Positions 11,708-25,557 of a DNA stretch of 64,000 bases are shown piece by piece (the first letter of the stretch is position 1; the number at the start of each line of letters is the position of its first letter). The translations under genes and the position numbers were made by a program. Source of the DNA: Aplysia californica (taxonomy: Eukaryota); assembly GCF_000002075.1 (NCBI RefSeq), contig NW_004797457.1, positions 795,612 through 859,611 of the forward strand. Reading direction: 5' to 3'. The notes under the pieces were generated by a model. The model saw nothing but the letters and a program-made list of their open reading frames with translations, did not search any database and was not told the DNA's origin.

Positions 11708-14700
11708 CTACAGTTCGGTCTTCCTTTGAGATGACTCTGAAAATTCTTTCATCCACTTTGGAAACAAGTCAGTCCAGATATCTCTTCTTGCCTTGATAGG
11801 GAACTGAGCCACAGCAAAATCAGGTTTGAAGTTCAGGTAAAATTCAGATTCTTCCTCATAAGGAGGCCATTCCATGTTCAAGTTCTCAGCCAGGGTCACA
11901 CCGGGATTTCTGTGAAGAAAAAAAACCACCCATGTAAAACTCGTTAGACTTATATTATTTCAAAATGAAAATTTTTTTCAATTCCTTTGTTTTGTTAAAC
12001 AGTTAACATACTGAATTAACGCCTGACTTCTCTCATGCATGTCCAACGGAATAAAGTTAACTTCCTAAAGAGTACAAAAAAAATGAGCTAGGCATAATTA
12101 TGCCCTATGACATTTTTATTCCTCTGCTATCCTGTGATTTCTCTGCTCTCATCAGCTTTTTTTACCCCACGTATTGAATGAATATTGAGTTGGGTGAATT
12201 ATATATTTATAGTAGTCTCCGTCTAAGATCCTGGTGCTCGGGAGTGAGGCAAATGCGGGATCTTAAGTGAACGGGATTTTAGCCGACGCACTAAGGGAAG
12301 AATCTATGGTGACCCATGTTAATAAGACCCACAACTGGTAAAATGGTCCCCCTCCATTCTAAAATGAACTAAAATGACCCCTGGGTGGGTTTATGACATA
12401 TGGCGGACTAAGAGTGGTCAACCTTGATGACCAATCACAATGGCAAGAGGCATGCCATTTCCTCTTATTATTCTATCGTGAGTCTCAAGATCTATGCTTA
12501 TCCAGTTGCCTCTCCCCTTTACCAGTCCAAAATTTATAGCTTTTCATCTCTGACAAGAGTTTCCCCACCTTTGTCCTTACACATCATCATTACGTTGTGA
12601 CCACACCAATCGAAATTCAGTCTATCTTGCAAACTTGGGAGTAGAGACAACTGTTGCAATTGTCAGGGAAGAGTTCACAGTTTGATGAGATCCCCCCTGG
12701 AGCAAACTTGTAGGCCATACCCATCCAGCGTGTGATGTAAGTTAAGGTGAAAAGCTTGGGGAAAACAAACATGACAGTCAGTTCACACCTTGGTGTGATC
12801 CTGTCAGGGGATAACATTGTACTGTTTCATCGAGTTTTACAACGCACATGTGATCACATTCATGAGAAAGGCTAATCTTTTACATGACGGGCAATTCAAT
12901 GATCTCAACTTTTCACTCCTGGTTGATTATCTGTGTCTGCCTGAGTTTTTGTTCCCCAAATTATGACCTGAAATGTGGGATCTTAGCCGAATGTAGATGT
13001 TCACAGTGAATCAGAGCGGGATCTTAGGGATGACTTTGGTGTAGTAAAAATTCTGCGTATTTATGTATGTATTTTATGTGTGTATTTATGTACATAATTT
13101 TAATTATGTTTACATATATGTATGTTTGCCATTGTAACCAAAATTTCCCAACGGGGATCAATAAAATATAATTTATTATTTATTTATCATTTATCTTAAA
13201 AAATTTTATCGACAAAAGGTGTAACCTAAATATATTTTTAAAATTCCATTATGCTCATATGACCTAGAACCACAATCCATAGCCTGAGATGAAAGTCTGT
13301 ATTGTAAAAATTACACTTACAAAAAAATTAACCACAGTTAGATGGTGGTGGTGGTTGGAAGGTGGGGGGGGGGGGGGGGGGGTGTCAAGGGGGAACCCAA
13401 AAAAATGTAGTTAGCCTCACTCACCCAGATGCCATGAAGTCGGTTACAATTTTGATCAATGAAGACTTCAACTGGACATCTTCAGCAGTAAAAGTCTCAT
13501 TTGTTTCAAGGGAGTAAAACGATTTCAAAACATAGCTGGGTTGAAGATCAAACAGATACGTTAGATCAAAGCTATGAAATGTCCCCTCATGAGGAGCAGG
13601 CAAGAAACTTGGAAAGATGTCAAAATACAGAAAGTATGACTTCCCTGCTGCATCTTCTGGAGTCATCCCTGTGAGATAAACAACAAATAATAAGAATATA
13701 AGAGTCTGTCTTATGGAACTAAAGCAAACAATACACACTAAAAAGGAAAATGGTGTGTACGAAGCACATTTGACATCCACATAAACAATCGTTCATATTT
13801 TCATAATGTTATACATCATATAATGGCTATTCTGGGATTAAAACCAACACAAAGAAATAGAGGGGCCAACCCCCAAGATAAGTATAAATGGTTTTTTTTG
13901 GTAGCAAATGTGATCACATAAACAAGAGTGGTTGATCTATGATGCAACGGATAGTTCAATGATTGCAAATTTTCACTCTTGGTTAGTCAGCTGTGCCCGC
14001 CCACGTTTTTGTTCCATAAATTATGATCTGAAATGCGGGATTTCAGCCTAATACAAGGGAGTTCAATACGTCTTTGGTCTAAATATGAAGGAATAAAGAC
14101 AGAGCTTTGTAACTTGGCACATATACTTTCATTTCTCTACTTAGTCACCATGCGGAGTAACACATTTCTGCCACCTCTCTTTGACCTTTAAAAATCCTTG
14201 AGAAAAAAATGACCCAGAATGGGCTCCTAACCAGTCTTCTTCAGCTTCAATGGTGTCTTCATTGTCATGGAAATGACGTCCATTCAGAGGTTTTTTAAGA
14301 TTAGGAAACAGAAAAAAGTCAGAAGGGACTAGGTCTGGTGAATAAGCCCGGTGTGGCAGGATTTCAAAGCCGCACTGTTCTGCTGTCTGGACTGTTTGTT
14401 GTGCTCTGTGTGCAGGGGCGTTGTCATGCCATAGGAGGACTCCATTGCGGAGTTTTCCACATCTTTTTCTCACCAATTCGGACCACAATTTTATCAGCAA
14501 ACCCGAATAGTAGTCCCCTGTGACTGTTTTTCCAGTTTCCAGGTAGTCAGTCATGATACCTTCACAATCCCAGAAACACGACAGCATGACCTTTCCACTT
14601 GACGGTGTTACCTTTGCTTTCTTTGGTGAGGGAGAAGAAGGGGGTTTCCATTGCATGGAGGACAATTTTTGTTCTGGATCAAAATGATAAATCCATGTTT

Positions 14701-17700
14701 CATCCATAATCACCATGTTTTTAAAGAAATTTGTGTCACTGGACTCAATTCGAAAGAGAGTTTTGCAGGACTCAACCCTCTGCTTCTTTTGCTCACTTGT
14801 CAAAAGGCGGGGTACCCACCGCGCAGACATCTTATTCATGTTAAGACGGTCATGGAGAATCGTTTCAACTGACCCTACACTGATTCCCGTGTCACTTGAG
14901 AGCTGTTTAACAGTTATACATCAGTCTTGTAAAACCAGTTTCTTCACTTTGGATACATTCTTTTCAATTACCACAAAGGATGGGTGCCCTTCACGATCTT
15001 CATCCATCACCGACATGAATCCAGATTTGAATTTGCTTACACAGTATGGCACAGTATTATAACGAGGACATTTGTCACCATAAACTTGGACCATTTCCGG
15101 AAAAATGTCCGCAGGGGATTTTCCTTGCAAGTGTAAAAACTTGATAACTAAGCGATATATTCAACAGGCTCCATGGTACAGCTTCAGCAAAGAAACACCA
15201 AACACTTTTGTGCATGGTTTCATTGAACACGCTGACTAGTGCCTTATTACAGTCGGATTTTCACTAAAATTTGAATGGTGTTTTCCAAAAAAATTGTCAA
15301 AAGGCTGGCAAAATTTTATTACTCTACCATCATTTCTTCATACCCAGACCAAAGACTTATTGAACCCTCATCGTATGAAACTTTCACAGTGAACCAGAGT
15401 GAGATCTTAGGGGAGGCTTTTGTATAGTAAAAATTCTGTTTTCTTAAAACAGCAGAATCTTAAGCAAACTGGGATCAAAAGCGGTGGGATCTTAGGTGGA
15501 AACTACTGTACTATCATTTAAACTGACTGAAATTATGCCGTTTCTACGATCAGAACGAGTACAAATGAGGTAGAAACAATTGCAGTAAACGTGTTTAGTC
15601 AGAAATCAACAAAACAATCTTTTTCAACACAAGATGAAGTAAATATTGAAAAGGCACATCAAATTAAAACCCTGAAAGCAGGCCCTAATAACATTGTTAG
15701 CCTTAGTTAAGTCAACACAATTCTTACTGTTTGTATCACTTCCATTTGAAGTTAATGTGGAAAAAAAATAAATTACACGCTTTTAAAACTAAAAGGTCAC
15801 CTTTGAATTTTGAAGTGTGAATCCTCAAGAAATCAAAAGTAGGTACTGCCAGTATGGGGTCCGACCAAATATCATGCACTTTATTGATGCTCGAGACCTC
15901 TGGCTGACTGTATGATTCATAGGCCTTTTCAATCACTGGTAGTGGCACTCTGACTTTCTTGCTTAAGAATTCCTTTTCAGTCTCGTCAGCTGTGCAAGAT
16001 GAAATTTTTAAAAGTGCTTACTTTAGCAGATAATAACAATAAAGAAGAGTAGAACCAGGAACCTTGAAATAAAACAAAAACTTTGCTTCCAAAGACTAGG
16101 TCAGTTTGTTCGCAAACTGTTTCTCAAGACTATTTTATGGAAAATAAGAACTTTTTGTATACAGTTTACATCTTTATCAACAAAATCAAGTTCATTTCAG
16201 GGAAAAGTTGTCTGACCAAGTCTGTCAAGGTTAGCCTGCACTAAGTGGGATACAGTATCCTACAAGACATTCTGAGATATATGATGAAATAGCTTTCCCA
16301 CTCAGGGATTGAACTCAAATCTTCCGCATGCAGCAGCAAAGAAGATAACCACTGCTTGGATATCTTTTCTTAGAGTTAGAGTTTGGTGTTTTCTATTCAT
16401 GGCAGTTTTCAATTAACACTATCATGGGCTTAGTGATGGAATCCCAAACTGCAGCATAAAAATTACAACAGGAAACCAGATTCCCATCACTGACTTATCA
16501 CTTGTGTGCTTCTTAGTTTCTTAAGATTACAACATTGTCAGTACATGCTGGACTCAAGGCTTCACATGCAGGCAGGCAGTGCATATCATTAGGCCAATAT
16601 TCACCAGTCGCTGCACTGCTATTTGTACTGAAAATCAAGAAAAATCCAAGATCATGTTTTTTTCGGCAAATAGGAGATAAAAAAAGATATTAATCCTATT
16701 ACTTTCGTTAAAAGTGTCAAATCATGATCATGTTTGTGGGATATATTCATATTTGTAGATTACTGATACCAAACTTTGATAGAAAGGTGCAGGACTTTCA
16801 TTTAAATAGACACATTAAAAATGTCAGTCTGACCCTGATCGTATGCATGGTACGTGTATTAGTATTAGGTTTTCCATTCGAATAGCAGTATACATGCTGG
16901 AGAATATTAAACAGTACTCATCAGAGAATGTGGAAATAGTCCTTTCTTGCAACAGCACTCCTCAAAACAAAAATCCAGACCTGTCACTCTATGACATCTA
17001 AAAATCAGGATCGCAGGGGAAAAAAATCAGGATTTGGGAAAAAAAATCGGGATCAGCCACAAATCACCAAGGTGACAGCAAATTTTGTTTAAAATTTCAC
17101 AGGTTTTTCCTTAAATTCATGTATATACATGCATATCCCTCTGTGTGTGTGTGTGTGTCGGTTTTAAAAAAATCCTGATGTATTAAGTCAAGTACTCCTA
17201 GTCCAAGTGTCTACAATCCCCCTCCCCCTCTCCGATATAAATCCCTAAAGATGCTTTAACCAGTGTGCATATGAACTGAAGTTGACCCAGTCAACGGACG
17301 GGCCCCGACACACGCGCCGAAGTCGCACGTCAAAGTCATGTTACGTGATGTGAATGCACGATTGAAACAGTCCTACTGATGGGTCTTGATGATAGGCCTT
17401 ACTCCAACTAACCAGAACTCGGACAAAGTTTTAAAAAAAGTAACAGCAGAAGTAAGAATAATATTGATCATTTGTATTCTCAATTGAAACAGTTATTAGA
17501 CCATCATCGGAGAATTCTGAGTGGAAACATAAGCGAGAGTAGCTTAGATCTTGAGAATGTACCAAGTCAGAATGCCAACTCGATACTACTTCCATTATAG
17601 TTGAAATAAAACGTGGGAGCAAAGATCCAACAAAACTTGGGGCAAGTTAACTACTAAATCTGGCATTGATATTTAGGAAAATAGTGCTCCAAGTTCCTGC

Positions 17701-20700
17701 TGACAAAAGGTTTAACAGGTGCTTCCCGCGACAGAGAAAAAGGCAGAGAAAGTTTTTAGGAAAAATCCCACGCAACAGACGACACCAAAAAAAAAAGGGA
17801 TACACGCAATCGAAATCGGGGAAAATTGGAATGCTTGAGATTTATGGCAAAAAATTGGAATATCCCGATTAAATTGGGAAGAGTGGCAGGTCTGAAAATA
17901 TCACCCAATAAAGTAAATTTATTTTCATTCGGTTTACTGCGGTTTTCAGATTTTTAGTTAAAGCAAACTCAACTGTATATCTTTCCACATACTCGATGTA
18001 ATATTCTACTCTTGAAATTTACTGACAGCATTTACTTGCATATCTTAAAAAACACTCAAGCTACTTGAAAATAAAAACAATACCATAATAGCCACCAAGA
18101 TGCTACATAAAATAAACTCACAATGCATTCTGTAAAGCTTACCTCCTTCTGCTGCAAAAATTCCATTAGTCAATGGAGCACCTTCATTATTGGTCAGGCT
18201 AACAAGAAAAGACTTTGAGAAGAATCCAACGTCAGATAAGTACTTAACATCAGTCACAAGTTCACTAAAAGATGCAGGAAACAACTCTCCATCAATACTT
18301 GTAAACTTGTTTGTGAGGCTTCCTTCAGGAGGCAACTGGAACGTCTCAGATGGGAGGCTTTGCAGACAAGTTATAACACTCGATACTTCCTCCTCTGACC
18401 ACTCCTTAGAAAGTGTCTTGGCATCTTGATTCATTGGCCTGCATCCAACTCTGTCTACAAGAAGGTCTAGGAGAATATCGGATGAACCTTGAGTGGAGGG
18501 ACAAGTGAAGATGGTGCCACTCATCACAATTCCCTGAAATTTGTGGTACAATGTTAGTGATTACGTGGAAAAGTAGTATTTTCTGTGTAAGTACAGTCAA
18601 GCACTCATGTGGGTCCCCATTTTTTCCTTTTACATGTGTGACCTTTTTTTTTCAAAACATGCACCTAGTAAAATCTGCACATCATAATGAAAAGATTTTT
18701 TGTGTCCAGTCAATTTCGCTATGTGTGTGCCAAATTGTATAACAAGAAATAGCAATCCCAATGAAAATTTAATTTTTCGCTTTAGGCCTTTTTTATTTGG
18801 TACCTAAGAAAGAGTTTTCATTTCTAAGAATAATGCTTTTTGAATTTTAAGAATCGGTTCATAAGTAAAAAAGTTATTGGGTTGTAAAAGTTGGCAAAAT
18901 ATGGATGACCCACAATTAATACTCCTAAAAGTGGACCATGTATGTAGTAGCAGCTGCGGTAAGAAAATCGACGATATCTCAGTAATTAACTGGACTGCTA
19001 AGGAGAAACTTGGCTACCCAATGTGTTTTTGGGTGGAGAAATCATTTCTGCAGTCGGATTTACTAACCATTTCGTAGTTATTTTGTTATAATTAAAATTT
19101 TGGTGTACAAATTTCGATTTTGCGAAAAAGGGGTGTCAAGATGAGAGCATTTTATTTATAGCATTGTATCACAACATGGGATCTTTAAGAATATGTTGGC
19201 AGCGTGATTTAATAATGGCAAAGCTTTCTTTGACGACTTTAGACCATGCCAACCATAATATATCATTTAATTCAATTAAAACCCCTTTTTTCCCGTTGAG
19301 ACGCGAACACCCCAAATACCCCCATTGCCAGGTTACAGGGGAACAGAAAGAAAAACAACCGGATGCGGGCGCCCGCCATTGCTCTATTTCAAGTGACCAA
19401 TGAACAGGCTCGGAATAGTCAAGCAGGGATTTGTAGGTCACACACATTTGCATTGGGAGTGAGGGGGAAATGGCCGGTCTCCGTGCGATGCCGCTTTTGA
19501 CAGGGGGGTAGTCGTGCATTTATGATAAATTCTGTACAACTACTTGACACAGATTTGAACACACTATGGAGGAAAGATGGATCTCTTACCATCTCGGCGT
19601 CGAATATCGGACTCTTTAAAGTTTTTGGTGTATCCGATACGAAAGTGTTTCCGACACCAAAAGTATAGGTTAATTTATGTGTACGAACTTCGACTTCCAC
19701 ATATCATTAGTTTGCCCTATTTTCTAATTGGTTGCCAAGTTTCCTTCACATTAGTCAAGAAATAGCGCAGAACGAGCTCGAGAAAGTAAGTCGCTATCGT
19801 TCCGACCTGGTCCAAAAATTCACCCGCAAACAGGGACCAAATTTTCACCGTGCGCAGAAGCCCGATTGGCATAGCTACAAGAAAATGGTACACCAGACTT
19901 TAAGTAACATGTACATGTACACATGTAATATGACAATTCAACTTCACAGTATATATGTGAAAAATTCTTACTTATGGGGAGCATTTTGAAAGAGAAGTTA
20001 TTCCTAAGCTGTTGCAAATGCTGTCTTGAATAAGTTTGATGAAGACTACGAAGTTATTTTGAATATCACTGTTAACAAGTCAGTTTACAACAAAAACATG
20101 TTAATCTAAATACTTGCAAATTATGAGAACTTTATAATTCTAAAACTCCCCACAAAATAAATGTACAAATTGACAACCCAGTTCACCTTCGTAAATAAAT
20201 TCCTGCTCTGATTGACAATGCTCCACACTGAAACACTTTCTCCTCCCATAGACTGTCCAGCTAAAGTTATATCGTCTGAATCTCCTCCAAAAGATTGGAT
20301 ATTGTCCTTGACCCACTGTAGAGCCATCAGCTGGTCCCAGTATCCTTGATTCCCGGGCAGTTGTGGAGTGTTCCCTTTGAGAAACCCAAGCCACGACAGC
20401 CGGTAGTTCAGTGTGACCACAATGACATCACCCTGCAAACACGCAGGATGTTGTTTGAGAAAAAGAGAAACATGTTGACCTGAAAAACATACGCGTCTTC
20501 TGTCGGTAGAAAAAAAAAGAAAGGCTTTGTAATGTTTAAAATGGACATGCGCATCAACTCCGGTGGAAAAAAATATTCTGATAACCTAGAACTAGAAGGC
20601 AGTAAAACAGTGAGTGACACTCTTGAAGAAAAACTGGGCAACTGAGGAAGAGGAGTCAACAGGTAGGGGAGAGGACCCAGAACGCATTTTTGAAGTGCAG

Positions 20701-23700
20701 GACAGCAACTATGGCTGTACTCGGATGGTGATGACATTAGATCTTCAAACAAAGATATATCTATATATCAAAACCTTTCTCCCCCTCCCCCCTCCAATAT
20801 ATCAGAAAATTAATTAAATGTGCAAGTGCCTTTACCAGTTTTTTAAATTGTTGTATGGAGCTTCTGAAAAATATGTAGAAAACCACCCACATCCAAGTCA
20901 CTTACTCTGAAATTATTAACAATCAATTGACCTTCCAAGGAAACACAACAAAATCATGTGTTTCTTTGACATGACTAACAACCATATCATTAAATAAATA
21001 CCACAGACAAAAAGACATACATAACTCAAAAAAATTAAATTTGTTTGGAAAATAAGAGTTCAAAAGATCAGAATCAAATGATGTTTAATGTAAGTATTGG
21101 TACCTACCTGAGCAACAAAATCACCAGGAACATATTCATTGCCTGAACCCATGAAAAAGGCACCACCATGTATGTACACCAAAACTTTTTTCAGACCTTG
21201 ATTGGTTTTCTGCAATAATGGAAATGAAAATATGGTGATCAACGGAAATTCAGACAGCCAGAACATGTGGGAAATTAGTCAACTTGATATTGATTTCTAC
21301 AAATTTGTGCATAAATTGTAGGCCTATATCAGTTATTTATGCATAGCTTTATCTTAAGTGGACAAAAAGTATTAATCAGTTCAAGAGCTGGGGTTGGGTC
21401 CATATTAGTGAACAAGCAATGGACGAAAACAGTGATCTAACACAAAATATTATATTTTTCAGAGTCAACTAACAAGCCCCTGTTAAATGACAAAACAGTA
21501 AGAGCTGTCTCATTTTGCGACACAGGCTTTATGACATAATGAAAGTAACAATTTTTCTAAATATCAATACATTTTTTCTATCCCAATGCAAGNNNNNNNN
21601 NNNNNNNNNNNNNNNNNNNNNNNNNNNNNNNNNNNNNNNNNNNNNNNNNNNNNNNNNNNNNNNNNNNNNNNNNNNNNNNNNNNNNNNNNNNNNNNNNNNN
21701 NNNNNNNNNNNNNNNNNNNNGTACTTTATACAGTCCATGCCGGCTTTAAGCACGGTAATCGGGAGAAAGCATAAGCGTGTTTAAATCCGAAGCGTGCTTG
21801 AGTGCGAAGTAGACATAATCCAGAGATTTTCATGTAGAAAATTTCCTGTGCTTTTTCCCTTTGTTTGTAAGTAGGCCTATAGCGGTCCCGCAAAAGTGTG
21901 CACTGTTATTTTTACCCGCCATGGTAGTTTTTGTTTGCTTGTTTGTTTTTGTTTTGAGGTCGAATGGGAAATGAAAACTTAATTTAGAAGGCCAGTCACG
22001 ATACAGCACACTAGCAGGCCTACACGCTGCCTGTGCGTACCACTGCCCGCTGTGCCACATTCATACCACCGCCTTCATCTCACCTCGCGCGTGATACACA
22101 ATCAGGATTATCGGATAGCGAGGGTCAAAGGTGAAATCGCAGCCAGCCTCCCTTTCTCGTCTCCCTGACTCTCTTTGTATTTTTTAGTCAGTGTGTAACT
22201 TTGCCCTAGGCTAGATCCTATGTCCACGCGCACGGCTGTGTTCATCTCCCTGCCTTCCTCTCCGCCCGTGTGAGTGTGTGTCTCCATCACTTGCGTTCTC
22301 TGTGTTTCTCTTACAACACTCCACTGCTGCAGTATGTAGACTGTGTTCGAACTTCGATGGGTCATCATAAAAGTATTGACTGTCTTGTAAATGAAGCGTG
22401 CTTAAAGGCGTGTAATTTATATAGCAAAAATTCGGTAAGAGCCGTTTAGCGTGCTTGACTTAAGTCCGAAACGTGCTTTAAGCCGGCGTGCTTATAGCCG
22501 GCACGGACTGTATGATGGTGTCACACAGAGTCACAGGTTTCTTCAAATTAGAAAACAAATATATTTTTAGCTTATATTGGTTCTACAGATCATAAAAACA
22601 AAAAAATACTGTCGCAATGTCGGAGTGGATTTTGACCACAAAGCAATGCTCACTTCAACTTAACTCTTTATCTCCGAGGTTGGGGGGGGGGGGCTAATCC
22701 CACAATGCCAGGGCCCTCTTCTGGTATGAAATCTAAAAGTGACATAAATATATACGTAACTAGATTGCTCATTAAATCAAAACAAAACAAGTGAACCAAT
22801 TTTGATAGTTCTTCGTCTAAAAAATGAACTCCCGGTAAAAGAGACCTGTTTTTGGCAATTGCCGAAAAGTAATTTGACATTGAAGTTGCCAGCGGCCGAT
22901 CGGCACGCACTTCTGACCACTATCAGCCGCTGCGAGCTACTTGCCGGAGATAAGGAGTTAAACAATATTGGGACAAAGAATATAGCATAGAGAGAAGATG
23001 TCTTTTACTTTTAGTAGAAGTTTTACGATGCTCGCAACTGCATAGGGTCATATGAGCGCCAGAAGAAGATGTCTATTATTCATCATCCTCATCCGGTGCC
23101 TTGCCGACTGGCGTGGGCAATCATGGACCTCGACTTCACTCTGTCTTGCATTGCAGCAATGGTGTCTGTTGTTCTTGCTGCTCCTAGCCATGTTGTCATC
23201 TTGTCCAGTATCTTTTCCCTCTGTCTGCCTCTGCCTCTCTTTCCATCAAACTTGCCTGCTGTTACAATATTCTCCAATGTTTTTTTCCACATTACGTGTC
23301 CGAAGAAATTTGCCTGTTGCTTTCTTATATTCGTCATAAGCTGTCTTCTGCAATTTGCTTCAACCAAGACTTCTTCATTTGTTTTTCTAGCTGTCCGTGG
23401 GATACCTAGCATGCGTCTTATGAACCACAACTCTGTCGCCACAATTGTTTTTTCCAGCTGTTTATTGATTGTCTATGCTTCGCACCCTTATAACAGGATT
23501 GGCTCGATGTAACTTTTCAGTACTCTTTTTCTCGTTTCCAGTGACAGATTGATGTTTGTGAGTATCTGTTTCATTTTGTGGAAGGTTGCTTTTGCTTGGC
23601 AAATGCGGCTTTTAATTTCGGTGTGACATCTCTCATCTGATGATATAATAGTCCCCAAATATTTAAAATGTTTTACTTGATTGAGGGTGGTATCATTGAT

Positions 23701-24946
23701 TTTGATATTGCATGTTGGGGTGGGAGTTTTTCTGCTGAAAGTACACATCCTTGTCTGACTCCTCTTTTAATCTGTATGTATTCGCTGATGTCGTTTTCTA
23801 TTCTCATTGCAGCAGTTTGATCCCAGTACATGTTCTATTATTCACAGGACACAAAAACAAACAGTATTACAAACAGATTTAACTGACATTTTCATAGACC
23901 AACCTCAAACAGTCTAACAGGTCTGAAAATATTGAGATACAAGCAGTCCTCCTGGCCTGGGCTTCCAATGTCAACTCCGGAGGGCTGAAGGCAGATTGGA
24001 GCTTCCTTAGTGGCATCGTAAACATTCTGTGATAAAAAAAAGAGTTATTAGGAGGAGGAGGAGGAGAAGGTGTAGGAGTATAAGAAGGAGGAGGAGGAGG
24101 AGGAGGAGGAGGAAGAGGAGGAGGAGGAGGAAGAAGAGTGTCTTTAGTGTAGTTTACAACTCTGCTGGACACAAAAATAGGTTATTTCAAAGGCAGAGTC
24201 TTTGGCTGGGCAGAAAAAGGAAAAGGGAGATAAGTTATAGTGCAGTATGGGTCCATCGCTACTTTCAACACTCTGAGACAATGTTTAAAAGTAAAGGCAA
24301 GATCCCTAAATGTACCATTCATCTCCTATAAGATATAATATGAGTCCAGTGGGCAGCTTAGGGAGTCTTGAAAGCTCTGAGAACAACCCAAATTAAAGAA
24401 TGCCCCAATGGGGATTCGTACTAGGGTCATCCCCACCATAGTCCAACATTTCTCCGGTTGTAAGTGTGGTAACTGGCCTCATTCAACTCCAGTTTTGATA
24501 CATTTTCAACATACTTGAACAGGCACATATCAAGGCAAGAAGACAGATTTGTTTCCTGCGTTTTCTTCCTTTGTAATTGCATGTTATTCACTGTCGCCTG
24601 CAACTGTATTATAAAATCAAGTTCGTATAAAAGCTGTAACTGCTTGAGTTTACAAAAAAACCATTCTGCCTATTGTTAATTCCCAAACCCAAAAATGAAG
24701 AGAATTGTTTTTAATAAACGATATTCCTACCTCCAATTTCGGATGCGGCCGTGGTTTTCCAAATCGAAGTTCTCCAACGGGTGGAAGTGCATATGGTATA
24801 CCTCTAAAGGCAACAAAACTCAGGCCACTGGGAGCAGTTAGCTGAGTTCCCTTGAACACGCCAGATGGGCTTGAGACCAGTAAATCATTTGTTTGGAAGG
24901 AGGGAGAACTCAGACCAAGGACGATCATTGAAATAAGTTGCAACAT
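11708..24946 (-). CDS. Type-B carboxylesterase (carboxyl/cholinesterase family), ~570 aa, with signal peptide and ER-retention-like KTEL
   Basis: Eight phase-consistent GT-AG exons: 24946-24731, 24026-23904, 21209-21108, 20432-20187, 18533-18143, 15989-15801, 13668-13425, 11909-11708 (1713 nt). Motifs: FRGIPYALPPVGELRF, EDCLYLNIF, VYIHGGAF (oxyanion hole), VTLNYRL, GNQGYWDQ, GQSMG (catalytic Ser), NNEG (Glu), GTFHSFD (His), WPPY, C-terminal KTEL*. Confidence 0.93.
12210..13055. mobile_element. MITE-like element (CAGTAG-type terminus), right end missing
   Basis: Left terminus tatagtagtctccgtctaagatcc matches the reverse complement of ggatcttaggtggaaactactgta at ~15487-15510. Segment 12845-13055 is homologous to 13905-14051 plus 15376-15440. 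Confidence 0.55.
13905..15508. mobile_element. Second (right-end) copy of the same MITE family, split by the mariner insertion
   Basis: Sequence either side of the mariner joins up to match 12961-13055 (gaaatg.ggga..tagcc.aat..|..ttcacagtgaa.cagag.g.gatcttaggg) and ends in a TIR plus TA at 15509-15510. Confidence 0.6.
14054..15373 (-). mobile_element. Full-length but decayed mariner (DD34D) transposon
   Basis: TA on both flanks (14052-53, 15374-75) and imperfect ~40-bp TIRs (..gttcaata.gtctttggtct...tatgaag). Transposase from ATG at ~15174 has WVPRLL, DETW, HDNAPAH and YSPDLVPSDFFLF motifs, but carries an early frameshift, an internal stop (~14921) and a premature stop at 14141. Confidence 0.93.
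16976..17894. mobile_element. Non-autonomous hAT-like element
   Basis: TIRs cagacctgtcactct / agagtggcaggtctg. Flanks caaaaatc / aaaatatc (6/8 match, degraded 8-bp TSD). Subterminal aaaatc(a/g)gg repeats. Confidence 0.6.
21731..22510. mobile_element. MITE family A (TA-CAGTCC termini, pogo/Tigger-like), copy 1
   Basis: TIRs cagtccatgccggctttaagcacg / cgtgcttatagccggcacggactg with TA on both sides. Colinear copy at 41885-42706. Confidence 0.85.
23075..23745 (-). mobile_element. 5'-truncated RTE-clade LINE (RT C-terminal region)
   Basis: VKHFKYLGTII..EIKSRI.QAK..F..M..IL..SLETRKRVLKSYIEPILL*GCE..ELWFIRRML.I..TNEEV..FFGHVM..GKFDGKRGRGRQR..MIAHA, with in-frame stops and a (GAT)n-like tail. Confidence 0.9.
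24050..24135. repeat. (GGA)n microsatellite just upstream of the acceptor of carboxylesterase coding exon 2
   Basis: Directly visible. It produces the spurious poly-Pro and poly-Arg ORFs. Confidence 0.9.
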
Positions 24947-25093
24947 CTTTCCTTTGAAGTTGATAAGAATTCTTCCACCTGGAATCATCAGAACAAAAAT
25001 TAATACCACTTAGTAGAAGTAGCACTTAATTTTTTCAACTGCATAGGCCTCTTGTTTTTTTTCTTGTTTTCCTCATTAATCATAATACTAAAT

Positions 25094-25557
25094 ATGAGTC
25101 ACAACGCGGTGGAATCAGGCCCTCGACAAATTTTTGGCACACATATAAATATATATGGAGTTATTGGTATCATCTTAAACCCTGTCCATTTGCCTTGCTT
25201 TCAATGGACAAAATATCCATTTATCTTAGATACATGTGAAGATAATGGCAATTGAAGTAGGTGGGGTCGCCTGGTTTCAGAGATAAAATTAGCGAGAAAA
25301 TGACAGCCAAAGTTGCGGAAATATCCTTAGTTTGAGAGTTCGTGGAAACTGAAAATATACATCTTTTATTTATGCCTTTAATCAAAGTTGTTTTTTAATA
25401 ATAAAATCCACACAGAAATGTGTTCTTTCATGAGCATGAAAGGTGTTGAGACAAAAAACAAAATTTTGATAAAAATTCCCATACCTGCGGAAAAATGCCA
25501 GTTTCTTCACTTCCATTATTTTAACGAGTGCTTGATTTCACCACGCAGTCTCACATA
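25094..25557. mobile_element. Non-autonomous TIR element family (..gtgg(t)g(g/a)aatcagg.. TIRs), with further copies at ~47468-47908, ~53833-54270 and a degenerate one at ~3665-4045
   Basis: Inverted termini tgagtcacaacgcggtggaatcagg / cttgatttcaccacgcagtctcaca. Shared internal sequence (ggagttattggtatca.cttaaa, gtcgcctggtttcagag) between copies. Confidence 0.7.

Noticed and set aside
23879-24331. Poly-Pro and poly-Arg ORFs
   Set aside because: Translations of a (GGA)n microsatellite. The true exon (24026-23904) is in another frame.
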